Shown here piece after piece: positions 15,951-30,845 of a DNA stretch of 64,000 nucleotides. The notes beneath the pieces are model-generated. The model made no database searches. It was not told where the DNA came from and worked only from the letters and a program-made list of their open reading frames with translations. Each line of letters begins with the position of its first letter. The stretch's first letter is position 1. The translations under genes were made by a program, and so were the position numbers. This stretch comes from the human T2T-CHM13v2.0 reference genome, Homo sapiens: the NCBI RefSeq assembly GCF_009914755.1, contig NC_060932.1; one strand, written 5' to 3'.

Positions 15951-16619
15951 GTTTTCCTTATATTCCTTTAACAAAAAATTATCTCCTCAGAAATACGATG
16001 AAAGCTTATCTTAGCGGAAGTTTACCTTTTTTTCTTCTAGAGAAAGTATACAACACTGTAATATTTCATTTCATATGGCAAAAATCCCTTCCCCCAAATT
16101 CTTTAGCCTAACATTTCAGCAACTGGATACATTAAAACGTTGACAGTGAACTATTTTTTAAATGAATGTCATGCTGAAGCCCAGAATTGAAGTCTAAATT
16201 GCTACTTGGAAAAATGACACATTCTAAGTAGGTCAGAAGAAGCTAATTCTTCTTATTATTATTCCCTTTCCTTTCTAAAATGGAAACTATTCTTCCCTAA
16301 GCAATTCACTTACCTAATATATCCTGCCAGTATAAAAATGGAAATAAAATTAACGCTATATAGTGAAGCAGAGAAAGAATCAAACAAACATAAACACAAA
16401 AAACACATTACTGGCCAGATGGCCTTACTGGCAAGTTCTTTAACACATTAAAATGTAGGGTAAGGGTCAAGATGACTGATTCCCAAATCTCACAAAGGTA
16501 GCAATAAAATAGAATATTACAAACTACTCTCATTTATAAACATAAGCTTCTAGCAAAAGCGTAGCACATAATAATCCATAAATAAATGAACCTATTTAAC
16601 CAATACTTTCTGCTTTGTC

Positions 16620-17210
16620 CTAAGGATGAATGATTACAGATGCAAAAATCAAAAATAAAAATGCTAGTGAATAGAGACTGCAAATAATTCATAGATAAGA
16701 TTTTGTAAATATAAAGAATCTAAATATACAGTTAATGGAATTGGTCATAGAGTTTAATAGGGTTGCTGAAAACAAAATGAGTACACTAAAACCTATTGCA
16801 TTCTATATATCAACAATAAACAGAAAATAAAATTTTAATAACATACCATTTATAATACCATCACAAATATGAAGTACTAGGAATAAATAACATAAGACAG
16901 GAAAGACCTTTATGAAGAAAATCATAAGGAATATATTAAAGGGGACCTAAATAAATAGAGAGAAGACTATAGATTCACTGCAATTACAATCAAAATCCCA
17001 GCACAATTGCTTTTATGGAAATTGACAAGCTGATTCTAAATTCAGATGGCAGTGCCTAAGACCAAGAATATTGAAGACATAAGTGAAAAAGGAAAATAAG
17101 GTCTGGGGCCCTGCACTACCAGATATCAATAGTTACCATAAAGGTATAATAATTAACTTAGTGGTACCAGAGACAAAGATACAGACGAATCGCCTAAATC
17201 TCCTTGATAT
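16620..17210 (+). mobile_element. Old L1 ORF2 fragment
   Basis: gaaattgacaagctgattctaaaattc-type ORF2 motifs. Confidence 0.65.
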
Positions 17211-18104
17211 AAGGCAATAAACAAGTAAGAGAATGGGATAATACAGAAATGTCATCTTTGCACAAAATGTATACTTAAGAAAAGCCAAGAAAGTCAATGA
17301 AAAAACCATTAGAACAGTAGAAGTGTACTCTCTTGGACCCTATAGAGCACCATAGGTAGGTACTTATTGCAACTTGAAGTCTCAGGAAAGACCTTCTAGA
17401 AGAACTGAGAGCACAGCTGAAATAAGAAGAATAAGCAACAGCCAGGTGCAGAGAAGGAGGATGAGTTTTCTAAGCAGAGGGAACAAGAACAAAGGCTCAG
17501 AGGTAAGAGACAATGTGGCACAACAGAAACTGCAGGCAATGCAAATAACTAGGGCACAGAATTCAAGATGCATCATCAACGACTAGTAGTAAATAAGAGC
17601 TAGCACCTAAGAGTCTTGGGGCCATGTTAAGGTGTTTAGGCTTTATCCTGAAGGCACTGGGGATGGGGGCGTCTTGAAAATTTTTATTTTATTTATATTT
17701 TTAATGGCCTTTTATTGTATCACTTTCTCTTGGCAATATGAAATAATCCAGGGAATTTTAAGGTGTATGGCTGTAAAAGACTATTTGTGTCTTGGTATAG
17801 TAACCTTTGATATTGTCAATGAAAGACAGGCATTTAAATTAACTGTTATTGAAAACTCTTTTGCTTGTTACTGTTCTAGGAGCTGGTTGGTGGGCAATAA
17901 TCATGTTTGTTTTAGGAAGATAACTTTGTGGACCATATGAAGAGGCTGGAGGAGAAATAATTCCAGTTAGACCGAGGAGAGCTAATGGGGGTCTGGGAAA
18001 ATGCAATGGCAGTAAAATGGAGAGAATCCATTAATTTCATTCACTGTAATATACCATACTCTGTGGATGCAAGAGACCAGACAAGTTCCTACTCTCAAAG
18101 ACTT

Positions 18105-19345
18105 AATTTTTTTTATTATCTTTTAACTTTTATTTTAGTTTCAGGGTACATATGCAGGTTTGTTACATAGATAAAATATATGTCTTGGGGGTTTGGTGTA
18201 CAGATTATTTTGTCACCCAGGTAATTGGTATCTGATAGGCAGTTTTTCGATCCTCACCCTCCTCCCTCCCATCCTCCACCCTCAAGCAGGCTCAGTGTCT
18301 ATTGTTCCCTTCTTTGCGTCCATTTGTACTCAATGTTCAGTTCCTACTTATAAGTGAGAACATGCAGTGTTAGTTTTCTATTCCCACATTAATTTGCTCC
18401 AGCGCCATCCGTGGCCTCCAGCTCCATCCAGTGTTGCTGCAAAGGGCATGATCTCTTTTTTTATGGCTGCAAAGTATTCCATGGTGTATAGGTACCACAT
18501 TTTCTTTTATCCAGTCTACCACTGATGGGTATTTAGGTTGATTCTATGTCTTTGCTATTAATATTTTGAATAGTGCTGTGATAAGCCTACGTGTGCATGT
18601 ATCTTTATGGTAGAACAATTTATTTTCCATTGGGTATATACGCAATCATGGGACTGCTGGGTCAAATGGTGGCTCTGTTTTAAGTTCTTTGAGAAATCAC
18701 CAAACTGCTTTCTACAGTAGCTGAACTAATTTACACTGCCACCAACAGGGTACAAGCATTCCCTTTTCTCTGCAACCTCACCAGCATGTTATTTTTTGAG
18801 TAATAGCCATTCAAAATTTACTAAATTTTTAAAATAATAGCCATTCTAACTGGTATAAGATGGTATCTCACCGTGCTTTTGATTTACATTTTTCTAATGA
18901 TTAGTGGCATTGAGCATTTTTTCAGATTTTTTTGGTTGCATGTATGTCTTTTCTTGAAAAGTGTCTGTTCATGACCTTGGCCTACTTTTTAATGGGGTTG
19001 TTCATTTTTTGCTTCTTTCTTCTAGATTCTGGATATTAGACCTTTGGCAGATGCAAAGTTTGCAAATATTTTCTCTCATTCCGTGGGCTGTCTGTTTACT
19101 CTGTTGATAGTTTATTTTGCTGTTTAAAAGCTCTTTAGTTTAATTAGGTCTCATTTGTCAATTTTTGTTTTTGCTGTAATTGCTTTTGTGACTTCGTCAT
19201 GAAATCTTTGCTGGGGCCTATGTCCAGAATGGTATTTCCTAGGTTTTCTTCAACAGTTTTTATAGTTTTAGGTTTTACATTTAAGTCTTTAATCCATCTT
19301 GAGTTAATTTTTGTATATGGTGTAAGGAAGGAGTCTAGTTTCAAT
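18105..19345 (-). mobile_element. L1PA15-like 5'-truncated LINE
   Basis: Reverse L1PA13-16-type 3'UTR plus ORF2 end (ORF 19144..19344). Confidence 0.88.
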
Positions 19346-19411
19346 CTTGAAGAATTTTAAACGGGCAGGTGATATGATCAAATAAGTTGTTTAGAAAGGA
19401 CATTTTAAAAT

Positions 19412-20002
<591 letters not shown>

Positions 20003-20389
20003 CTTAGAAAGAACATATTTTAAAACAATGTCAGGTAGAGGGAGGAGAAGAAAAGTAGAGAAGGGAAGATGGAGTCAGGTAGGTGAACTAAAAGCTGTGC
20101 TAGTGTTCTGGGTGGGAGGTGACGGTGGCCTGAACTGAGGCAACACAATGTGAAAACACAGAAGCAGAAACCGAAGCATCTAACAGACCTTTCTGACTGA
20201 CAGACATCAGGATGGAGAAGAGTTGAGGAAGCCCTAGAGAGTTCTCCTGCACTGAGGCTGAGCCATTCTCTAAGACAAGCAGGTTTTGGGTGAGACCAAT
20301 GATGACAGCAGGCTTGGATTTGCTGAATGAGGCATACAGATGAAAATGTCCACCACTTTTCTAATTAGGAAAGATCATTAGAAACTTAC

Positions 20390-20442
20390 CTGTTTTTGTC
20401 AAATGATGTTCTAGCTAAACGAGACTGCAAAATAGCTGTTAT
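20390..20442 (-). CDS. NSMAF: NSMAF exon 9 (ITAILQSRLARTSFDKN)
   Basis: 53 nt; atag acceptor, AG|GTAAGT donor. Confidence 0.95.
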
Positions 20443-20548
20443 CTATTAAAACAGAACCAGAAAAAAAGTACGAATATAAGTATTTATAAGTAAAATATCA
20501 ATACAAGTTAATTGACAATCAAAGACAGACATTGTTAAGAATACTTAC

Positions 20549-20596
20549 CATGGCGGTTTGGTCACCCAATTTGTCAAGGCAGGATGCTCTGTGAAG
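20549..20596 (-). CDS. NSMAF: NSMAF exon 8 (LHRASCLDKLGDQTAM)
   Basis: 48 nt; gtag acceptor, ATG|GTAAGT donor. Confidence 0.95.
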
Positions 20597-20772
20597 CTAC
20601 AGTATCATAAACAGACATGAATTTATTTTTTCTCTCAGATGATATGAAGTATTTCTTTAGAAGCAATGAGAAACAGCAATCATTCTGTTAACAGTCAAGA
20701 TTACTTCTGATATACCTATGGCTTCTTCCTAATATATAGTTTTTAAACTCAACATTTTAAGTCAATCTGCTA

Positions 20773-20952
<180 letters not shown>

Positions 20953-21116
20953 CTAACAAAAAGGGGAAGATATCAAAATACAGGAAGAGAAGAAGTGTGC
21001 CAAACTATGCTACTTTAAGAACATGTGTACAGAACCTGCTATGATAAAATCTGCATGTTTTACCTAGTGTAACTTCCCCACTGGAATGAGAGTTCTAGGG
21101 GAGCAAGTCTACATAA

Positions 21117-21516
<400 letters not shown>

Positions 21517-22113
21517 TAGAGTTAGGATTTTTATTTGAGGTATTTCTTCTTTTTTAACGTAGACATTTAATTCTATAAACTTCCCTGTTTATACTGCTTT
21601 TGCTGCATCACCTAAGTTTTGGTATATCATGTTTTCATTTATCTCAAGATTTTAAATTTTCTCTTTTTTTTTTTCTTTGACCCATTGGTTTTTTGAGAGA
21701 ATGTTGTTTAATTTTCACATATTCTCAGTTTTCCTTCTGATGTTGATTTCTAGTTTCATTCCATTATGATTGGAAAAATATACACAATATTATTTTAATC
21801 CTCTTAAATTTGTTAGGACTTGTTTTGTGACCTCACATGTGATCTGTCCTGGAGAATATTCCATGTGCTTGAGAGGAAAGTGTATTCTGCTGCTGTTGGG
21901 TAGAAAGCTCTGCATATCTGTTAGGTCCATTGGGTCTACAGTGTTGTGCAAGTCCTCTGTTTCCTTACTGATGTCCTATCTGAACGTTCTACCCATTGTC
22001 GAAAGTGTGGTATTGAAATCTCCTACCATTATTGTGTTGCTATCTATTTCTCCCTTCAGTTCTATCAATGTTCGCTTCATATATTTAGATGTTCTGAGGT
22101 TGGGTACATACAT

Positions 22114-22563
22114 ATGGTGATGATTAATTTTATATGTCAGCTTGACTGGGCCATAGAGTGACCAAATATTTAGTTAAACATTATCCCTGGGTGTATCTGT
22201 GAGGATGTTTCTGGATGAGATTAGCATTTGAATTAGGAGACTGAGTAAAACAGATTGCCCTCCCCAATGTGGGTGGGCCTCATCGGATCCATTGAGGGCC
22301 TAAATCGAATAAAAGTCTAAATGGGAAAAACACTCTTTCTTCCTGTCTTCAAGCTGGGATATTGGTTTTCTCCTGCCTTCAGACTTGCATTCAGACTCAG
22401 ACTAAACGCTATACCATTGCCTCTCTCCTGGGTCTGGAATTCTTGGCCTCTATAATCACATGATTCAATACCTTATAATAAATCAATTTCTCTCTCTGTA
22501 TATATACATATATACAGCAATATACCCCTAGATGGGTGTATATGTCTGTATATATGTATATGC

Positions 22564-22598
<35 letters not shown>

Positions 22599-22681
22599 TG
22601 TATGTATGTATATATATGTGTGAATGTATGTACACACACATCCTATTGGTTCTGTTTCTCTGGAGAACCCTGACTAATGCA
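22114..22681 (+). mobile_element. MLT2B-like ERVL LTR containing a (TATG)n microsatellite (~22495-22640)
   Basis: ttaattttatatgtcagcttgactgggc start; cctattggttctgtttctctggagaaccctgactaat end. Confidence 0.85.
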
Positions 22682-23099
22682 TTTGTAATTATTTATCTTT
22701 CTGATAAATTGACCCTTTTATCATTACATAATATCCTTCGTCTCTTGTGAAAGTTTTTTATTTAAAGCCTATCTTGTCTGATATAAGTATGGCTAGCTCT
22801 GTTGTTTGATTACCAAGCATGGAATATTTTTTCCCATCCTTTCACTTTCAGCCTATCTGTGTCCTTAAACCGAAAATGAGTCTCCTGCAGATGGCATATA
22901 GTTTTAGATCTTATTTGTTTTAATCCATTCAGGCACTCCATATTTTTTGATTGGGGAGTTTGATATACTTAATTATTGATAGGGAAGGACTTACTGTTGC
23001 CATTTTAACTGTTTTCTGTCTTGTAGCTCATTTGTCCTCTTTTGTCCTCTATCTTCCTTTGTGTTGACATTTTATCATGACATAGTTTGATTTCCTCCT

Positions 23100-25505
23100 C
23101 ATTTTTTTTAAAATTTATTTTGATAGTTTTTGTGGTACAGGTGGTTTTTGGTTACATAAATAAGTTCTCTGAGGTTTTGGTTTACCTGTCACCTAAGCAG
23201 TGTACGTACCCAATATGTAGTTTTTTTATCCGTCATCACCACCCCCATCCTTCCCCCTAAGCCCCCAAAGTCCATTATATAATTCGTTTTTTTTTTTTTT
23301 TTTTTGAGATGGAGTCTCACTGTGTCACCCAGGCTGGATGGAGTGCAGTGGCGTGATCTTGGCTCTCTGCAAGCTCTGCCTCCTGGGTTCACACCATTCT
23401 CCTGTCTCAGCCTCCCAAGTAGCTGGGACTACAGGCACTTGCCTCGCCCGGCTAATTTTTTGTATTTTTAGTAGAGACAGCGTTTCACAGTGTTAACCAG
23501 GATGGTCTCGATCTCCTGACCTCGTGATCTGCCCACCTTGGCCTCCCAAAGTGCTGGGATTACAGGCATGAGCCACTGCACCCGGCCCCATTATATAATT
23601 CTTATGTCTTTGCATTCTCATATCTTAGCTCCCACTTATAAGTGAGAACATACAATAATCTGGTTTTCCATTCCTGAGTTATTTAACTTAGAGTAATGGC
23701 CTTTAGCTCCATCCAAGTTGCTCAAAGGCCATTATTTCATTTTGTTTTATGGCTCAGTAGTATTCCATGGTGTATACATATAGGACTTTTTCCACTTGTT
23801 GGTTGATGGGCATTTATGTTGGTTTCATATTTTTGCAATTGCAAATTGTGTTACTATAACTATGTGTGTGCATGTGTCTTGTTCACATAATGGCTTCTTT
23901 TTCTTTGGGTAGATACCTGACAGTGGGATTGCTGGATTGAAAGGTAGTTCTACTTTTAATTCTTTAAGGAATCTCTATACTGTTTCTACAGTGGTTGTAT
24001 TAGTTTACATTCCTACCAGCAGTGTAAAAGTGCTCCCTTTTCACCAAATCCATGCCAACGTCTATTATTTTTTGACTTTTTAATTATGGCCATTCTCACT
24101 AAGTAAGGTGATACCTCATTGTGGTTTTAATTTGCATGTCCTTGATAATTAATAATGGTGAGCATTTTTTCATATGTTTGCTAGTTGTTTGTATGTCTTC
24201 TTTTGAGAATTGTCTATTCATGTTCTTTGCCTACTTCTTGATGGGATTATTTGTTTTTTGCTTGCTGATTTGTTTGAGGTTCCTCGTAGATTCTGGATGT
24301 TAGTCCTTTGCCGGATGTGTGGTTTGCGAAAATTTTCTCCCACTCTGTGGGTTGTCTGTTTACTCTGCTGGTTATTTCTTTTGCTGTGCAGAAGCTTTTT
24401 AGTTTAATTAGGTCCCGTTTATTTATTTTTGTTTTTGTTGCATTTGCTTTTGGGTTCTTAGTCATGAATTCTTTGCCTACGCCCCTGAAAACTGGAACAA
24501 GACAAGGTTACCCACTTTCACCACTTCTATTCAACATAGTAATGGAAGTCCTAGCCACAGCAATCAGACAGAAAAGAAAGGGCATCCAAATTGGAAAAAA
24601 GGAGGTCAAACTGTCACTGTCCACCAATGATATGACCATTTACCTAGAAAACTCTAAAGACTCATCCAAAAAGCTCTTAGATCTAATAAATGAATTCAGT
24701 AAATTCTCCAGATAGAAAATCAATGTACACAAATCAGTAGCACTGCTACACACCAACAACGGCCAAGCTAAGAATCAAATCAACAATTCCATTCCTTTTA
24801 TAACAGCTGCAAAAAAAATAAAATAAAATACTTATGGTTATACTTAACCAAGGAGGTAAAATAGCTCTACAAGAAAAACTATAAAACACTATTGAAAGAA
24901 ATCATAGATGACACAAACAAATGGAAACATATCCCATGCTCATGGATGGGTAGAATCAATATTGTGAAAATGACCATACTGCCTAAAGCAAGCTACAGAT
25001 TCAATGCAGTTCTTATCAAGATACCACCATCACTCTTCACAGAACTCCCATCAAAATACCTTTGTCAATCAGAAACAATCCTAAAATCCATATGGCACCA
25101 AAAAAGAGCCCAAATAGCCAAAGCAGTACTAAGCAAAAAGAACAAATCTGGGGGCATCACATTATTCAACTTCAAAATATACTACAATGCTATAGTTACC
25201 AAAATAGCATGGGACTAGTATAACAACAGGTACATAGACCAATGGAACAGAACAGACAACCCAGAAATAAAGCCAAATACTTATAGCCAACTGATCTTTG
25301 ACAAAGCATACAAAAACATACAGTGGGGAAAGGACACCCTATTCAATAAATGGTGCTAGGAAAACTGGCAAGCCACATGTAGAAGAATGAAACTGGATCC
25401 TTATCTCTTACTTTATACAAAAATCAACACAAGATGGATCAAAGACTTAAACCTAAAACCTGAAACCATAAAAATTCTACATGATAATATTGGAAAAACT
25501 CTTCT
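23100..25505 (-). mobile_element. L1PB with 5' inversion (23100-24479 minus, 24480-25505 plus)
   Basis: Orientation switch at ~24480; ORFs on both strands translate as L1 ORF2. Confidence 0.88.
23287..23587 (-). mobile_element. AluY
   Basis: Diagnostic caagctc, ccattctcc and aggatggtctcgatc; TSD ccattatataattc. Confidence 0.93.
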
Positions 25506-27683
25506 TTAGTGTATCTTCTATAGGTATTTTCTCTGTGGTTACCATGGGTCTTATATAAAACATCTTACAGTTATAATAATCTCTTTTAATCTGTTAACAA
25601 CTTAACTTCAGTCACATACAAAAACTATTCCTTCAGATACCTGTCTCCTTTTATGTTAATGATATCTCAAATTACATCCATTTATATTGTGTATTCATTA
25701 ACACAGATTTCTAGTTATGGGGTTTTTATACTTTTGTCTTTTAATTTGTATACCAGAATTAAACTGATTTACACACCACCATTACAGCACTACAGTATTC
25801 TGTATTTGCCTTTATCAGCAAGATTTATAATTCCTACACTTTCATGTTGGTGTTTAGTATCTTTTTGTTTCAAATTGAAGGACTCACTTTAGCATTTCCT
25901 ATAAAGCAGATCTAATGGTGGTAAACTCTGAGCTTTTGTTTATCTGGGAAAGTCCTTATCTCTCCATTTTTTTCAAGGACAATTTGCCAGATACAGTGTT
26001 CTTTGTTGGCAGGCATTTTTGTTTGTTTGTTTTATTTGGTTTTGTTTTTACCATTCTGAATTTATCATCCAATTTTCTGACCTGCAAGCTTTCTGGTGAA
26101 AAATCTGATCATTTTGTGGGGGCTTTCTTCTGTGACCAGACACTTTTCTCTTGCTGCTTTCAAAATTAACTCTTACTTCTGATAATCTGATTATCATGTG
26201 TCTTGGTAAGGACATCTCTGAAGTCCTCCTATGTGGAAGACTTCTTAAATCTGGATGTCCATCTCCTTCCTCTGTTTTGGCAAGTTTGGGGCCATTATCT
26301 CTTTAAATACACTTTCTGTTTCTTTCTCTCTCTCTTCTCTTTCTTGGACTCGCATATTATGTATTTGGTCCACTTGACGGTGTGTCATTAGTACTTTAGG
26401 CTTTCTTAACTCTTTTTCATTCTTTTTTCTCTTAGCTCCCCTGACTGGATAATTTCAAAAGACCTGTGTTCCAGTTTGCTGATTTTTTCTTCTGATTTAT
26501 AGTCTGTGCTGAACTCCTCTAGTGAACTTTTTAGTTAAGTTACTACATTCTTCTCCAAAATTTCTGTTCAGTTCTTCTTTATATTTTCTCTTTGTTAATA
26601 TTCTGTTAAAATTCTCATTTTCTTCATGCATAATTTTCCTGAGCTCATTAAGCATCTTTATGACAATAGTTTTGAATTCCTTGTCAGGTAATTAATATAG
26701 CCCCTTTTCTTTAGGGTTGGTTTCTGAAAATTTATTTTGTACCTCTGATTGGACTATTTTTCTCTGATTCTTTGTGCTCCCTCTAATTTTGTGCTAATAT
26801 CCACACATTAAAAACAACAACAACAACAAAAACAATTACCTCTCCAGTCTCTAAGGACTGGCTTCATACAGAGAAAGAGACCTTCATTAATCAGCCTGGC
26901 TAGAGATGCTGGAGGCCTCTCAAACCTTTTCTATGGAAGTGTCTTCTCTGGACTTATGCATGTAGATTCCTAATTAGAGAAATTTATTGGTTTCATTTTT
27001 TTCAGAAGCTTGGACTCCTTTGCTGTCTCTCGTGTCTAGATGTCTGCTGTACCACAGGTCCTTTGAAGCAGTAGCGTGCTACCCAGCTCTCTTTTGTTAT
27101 CAGTGGCTCCAGGCATCTAGAGTATGCAGGGTTCCATCTGTACTCTGAGACAGAAGAGACAGAAGCCAGTCCCTTGGGCAGCTCCCCTGAAAAGTCAGAA
27201 CTCTGGATGTATAGTCCAATTTTCTCTTTCCCTCTCCAGGGAGAAGCTAGAGGCTGGGAAATTTCTTCCCAATCATGTGGTGCTGTGTGGGACAGAGGAT
27301 GGCCAGATAGTGACACAAATTTTTATACTGGCTTTGATGTGGTTAGTTTCATGCTCACCGGGGGTGCAGGATCCTCTTAACTGGTTTCCAGATTTCTCAC
27401 AAAGGGAATTTGTCCATGTGTTGCTGAATCAGTGTCTTCACAGGAGGAAGGAGGGGCTAGAACTTCCTATTCTGCCATCTTGCTGCTGTCATTCCACCTC
27501 ACCCTTTTTTTTTTTTTAATCTGAGAATGCTTTGGTATTATAATTCACATTGGAACAAAAGAGCTTTTCTTTACTCAGACAACCTCACTTTTATTTCCTT
27601 TCACATAATCTTTCAATGAACCATGTGCAGGTATGCAATTCAGCTGGCTCTCACGAGAGCCTTTAGAGGAAGGGCACCCCAGG

Positions 27684-27880
27684 TGAGTGGTTCTCAACTT
27701 GGGGGTAGGGTTTCCTACTGCCCCCAAAGGCTTTTGTCAATGTGTGGAGGTGCTGTAACAAAAACAAGGGGAGCAGTGTACGAGAGGCATTTGTTAGGGG
27801 AAAGAGCTGTAATATAAGTGACAGCCCCACACAATAAAGAACCATCCTGCCCAAAATGCCAAAAGCACCACTTGAGAATA
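27684..27880 (+). mobile_element. MER20 hAT DNA element
   Basis: agtggttctcaac...cccacacaataaagaa..cccaaaatg..ttgagaa. Confidence 0.7.
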
Positions 27881-28682
27881 ATTAAATCTCAGTATTTATA
27901 CTTTCTGACTAATCAGCACATGCAAGTGTTTCTTGTCCGTAAAACCCAGAGGCCACTGAGTATACAATTTGTGCCGCCTAAGAGATTGCAGACTGGCCTG
28001 AAACTGAAATTCAGATTCAGCCTGTGGGACTATGTTTGCCCACAAATGGTGGCTTTTCCTAATTCACTCGGATGTCATTATAAGGAGCACTAGCCCTGTC
28101 CTTAGGTCCTGTAAAAACTCTCTTTTAGTAGGAGTTATCCCTCTACTATGTATTAAGCTGAAGCATAAAGAATTAAATTACAGAATAGTTAAATGAAATG
28201 TCTATGCTTAAGTGAAAGGTCCCAGGGAACCAGACATTGTATCCAAGTCTACTCATAGTTTCTACCTAATTAAGAGTACTTACAAATTATTATTGAGTTC
28301 TCAAATAAGAGTATGTTATAACCAGTAAATATTTCTAGAATATTTTTAAAACTAAATTTTTTAGTAACGTACTGGTAAATAAATTCTCAGTAACACCCAG
28401 TAAATAATCTTATAAATAATGCATATTCTGATTTTAATTTCTAACCTAATCATTTGGGTGTTTTTTTTTTAGGCACTTTTTTTTTTAAGTCAAAAAGTTA
28501 ATTGAATTCTCTTGAAATAAAATCTGTGGCTCCCTTGGGTAATTTTGTTATAACTTCCAGGTAAGAAGCTTTTAAATACTCATTATTATTATATTTGATT
28601 AAAGATGTTAATAGAGTCACAAAATTTTATTGTTCAAAATGACTATATAAATTGCTGGAAATACATGAAAAGCTTTACTTAC

Positions 28683-28733
28683 CCTTTCTATTTTATATGG
28701 TGCAACAACATTATGTTCTTTAATGAAATATAC
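28683..28733 (-). CDS. NSMAF: NSMAF exon 6 (VYFIKEHNVVAPYKIER)
   Basis: 51 nt; ctcag acceptor, AGG|GTAAGT donor. Confidence 0.95.
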
Positions 28734-29249
28734 CTGAGCAAGAAAAAGCAATACTTGTAAAATAATAACCAAAATGTTTCATTGTAAAGAGTAACTACAA
28801 ATCAGAACATTATCAATCAAAAGTTTTAAATCATTGTTATATAATCTCTATTTCCAGAAGTATTTGCTTTAGTATTAGTTCTAGTATGGCTTTAAAGTAC
28901 TGGTGTTAAAATAACAAATATCAAATTAAAAAGAGAATCATCCAGGCAACAAGATAGCAACAATTACAAGATAAATAAATACAGAAGACATTTTATGAAT
29001 GCCATCACTTGCACCAAGTAACCAAGCAGACAGGGAAGGAAGCTAATCCAAGTGCTGATTTTTTAAGAAACGGGTAAAACAAAGTTACTGTGGTAGGAAA
29101 TATGTTCACTAACATAAAGAAAACTTAGAGGTCATCTGGGCACATGGTGTTTTCACATGCACTGGGCCACTGGTCCTTACATAGTATATTAATAACTATG
29201 TGGAATAAGTGACACCATCTACCAGAGCCATCAATCTCCTTGTACCTGT

Positions 29250-30845
29250 ACTTTCCTCACTGCTTTTCCTCCTGCAACAATGGAAGTTACCTGAGCTCTC
29301 AAAGTCCAGCCCCTCTACTAGGGCACAGAATGTGAACACCTCCCCAAACCTGTCAGATATTCAAAAGCTTTGCTCTTAGGATTATATACTGCACTCTCTC
29401 CCTTTTACACACACACACCCCCACAAACATACTTCCCCTTAATCTCACATCCTCCTTTTGCCATTTCTGTTCCCTTTTGTGGCAAAATTCATTGCAAGGG
29501 CTGTCTGTACCTTCCCTTGGGCCCATGACAGGTTTTCATCCCTACCATATTATTGAAATCACTTTTAGATGGTCACATGAAGTGCATAAGATCTCCACGT
29601 CACCATACAATCAATTCTTAAGTCTTCCTTGACTCTCCTTCTCAGAGCATGTGACAGAGCTGATGGCTCTTCCTGAAGCAGTTTTCCACTTGGCTTCCTG
29701 GACACCTGCTCCTGCTTCTCTCCAACCTCACTGGCTACTCCTTCCGTCTACTTTTGGACCTTGCTTTGTTCCCAATCTCTTAAATTAGAGAGGTGCAGGG
29801 CCTTAGTTCTCACACCACTCTGTCCACTCTCAGTCCCCAGGAAATCTTATCCAGCCACAGGGCTTTAAAAAGTCTCTAGAAACTTCCAGCTCCCCAGTAT
29901 GTCTTGCTAGCCTCTGCCTCCTCTCTGAAACCCAGATGGATGCATCCAAATGCCTGCTGGACGTCTCCCCTTGGAGTTCTCGTGGCCATCTTAAATCTCA
30001 CATCCTACTTGAAGCCTGCTCCTTCCCAACTCTCTTTATCACTATAAAGGGCACTACTGTCTATCTCATTGGAGTCATTCTTGACTGTTCCCTTTTATAC
30101 CCTGCGACCAATCCGTCAGCACATCTGTTGGGTTTTCTTCAGAATATACCTAGACAATGACCACCTCTCACCATCGTGGTTCAATACACTTGGATTCCTG
30201 GAACATCCCAATAGGTCTCCTTGCTTCCACTCTTGCCCTGGTTTGTACAGCGTGTTCTCTACCCAGCCCCCAGAGAGACTTACATACAAATCAGACACAC
30301 CCCTTCTCTTTCAGCTCTCCAGTGGCATTTCTCTCTGCGCTTTATTCTAAGTCCTTACCTTGGCCCACAAGGCCCCGCATGACACGGTCCCTGCCCCTAT
30401 TCCAGCCTCCCTTGAGTGTTCTCCTTGACTCACGCACCCCAGGAGCACTCACACTCCTGTGCCTCCCACCTGTCAAGGACATGCCCACCTTCAGGCTTCT
30501 CCCCCACCACTCTCTGTACCTGGAATACCAGTGTTTGTGATAATTGCACAGCTCAATGCCTTAAGCCTTCTGAGTCTCTTGGTAAGTGGCCTCTTCTCAG
30601 TGAGGCATCCCTGACTACTCTTTCTAAAGCAGCATGAGAACATTCCTTATCATTTTCTATCCTTCTGTCTTGCTTTCATTTTCTTCATAGCATTTGTTAC
30701 CACCTGACATTAGAGGAGACATTTGTTTATTGTCTGTCTCCCCCACTGAAAAGTAAAGTCCATGGAGCAAAAGGCTTCAGATATCTTGTTCTTCCCTAGA
30801 TTGCCAGAGCCCTGAATATAATACTTATTGAATCCATGAGTCGAA
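29250..30845 (+). mobile_element. L2 LINE 3' portion
   Basis: Pyrimidine-rich L2 ORF2/3' motifs ending tattgaat. Confidence 0.75.

Noticed and set aside
22409-22750. YIHT/MYVC-repeat ORFs
   Set aside because: Translations of the (TATG)n microsatellite
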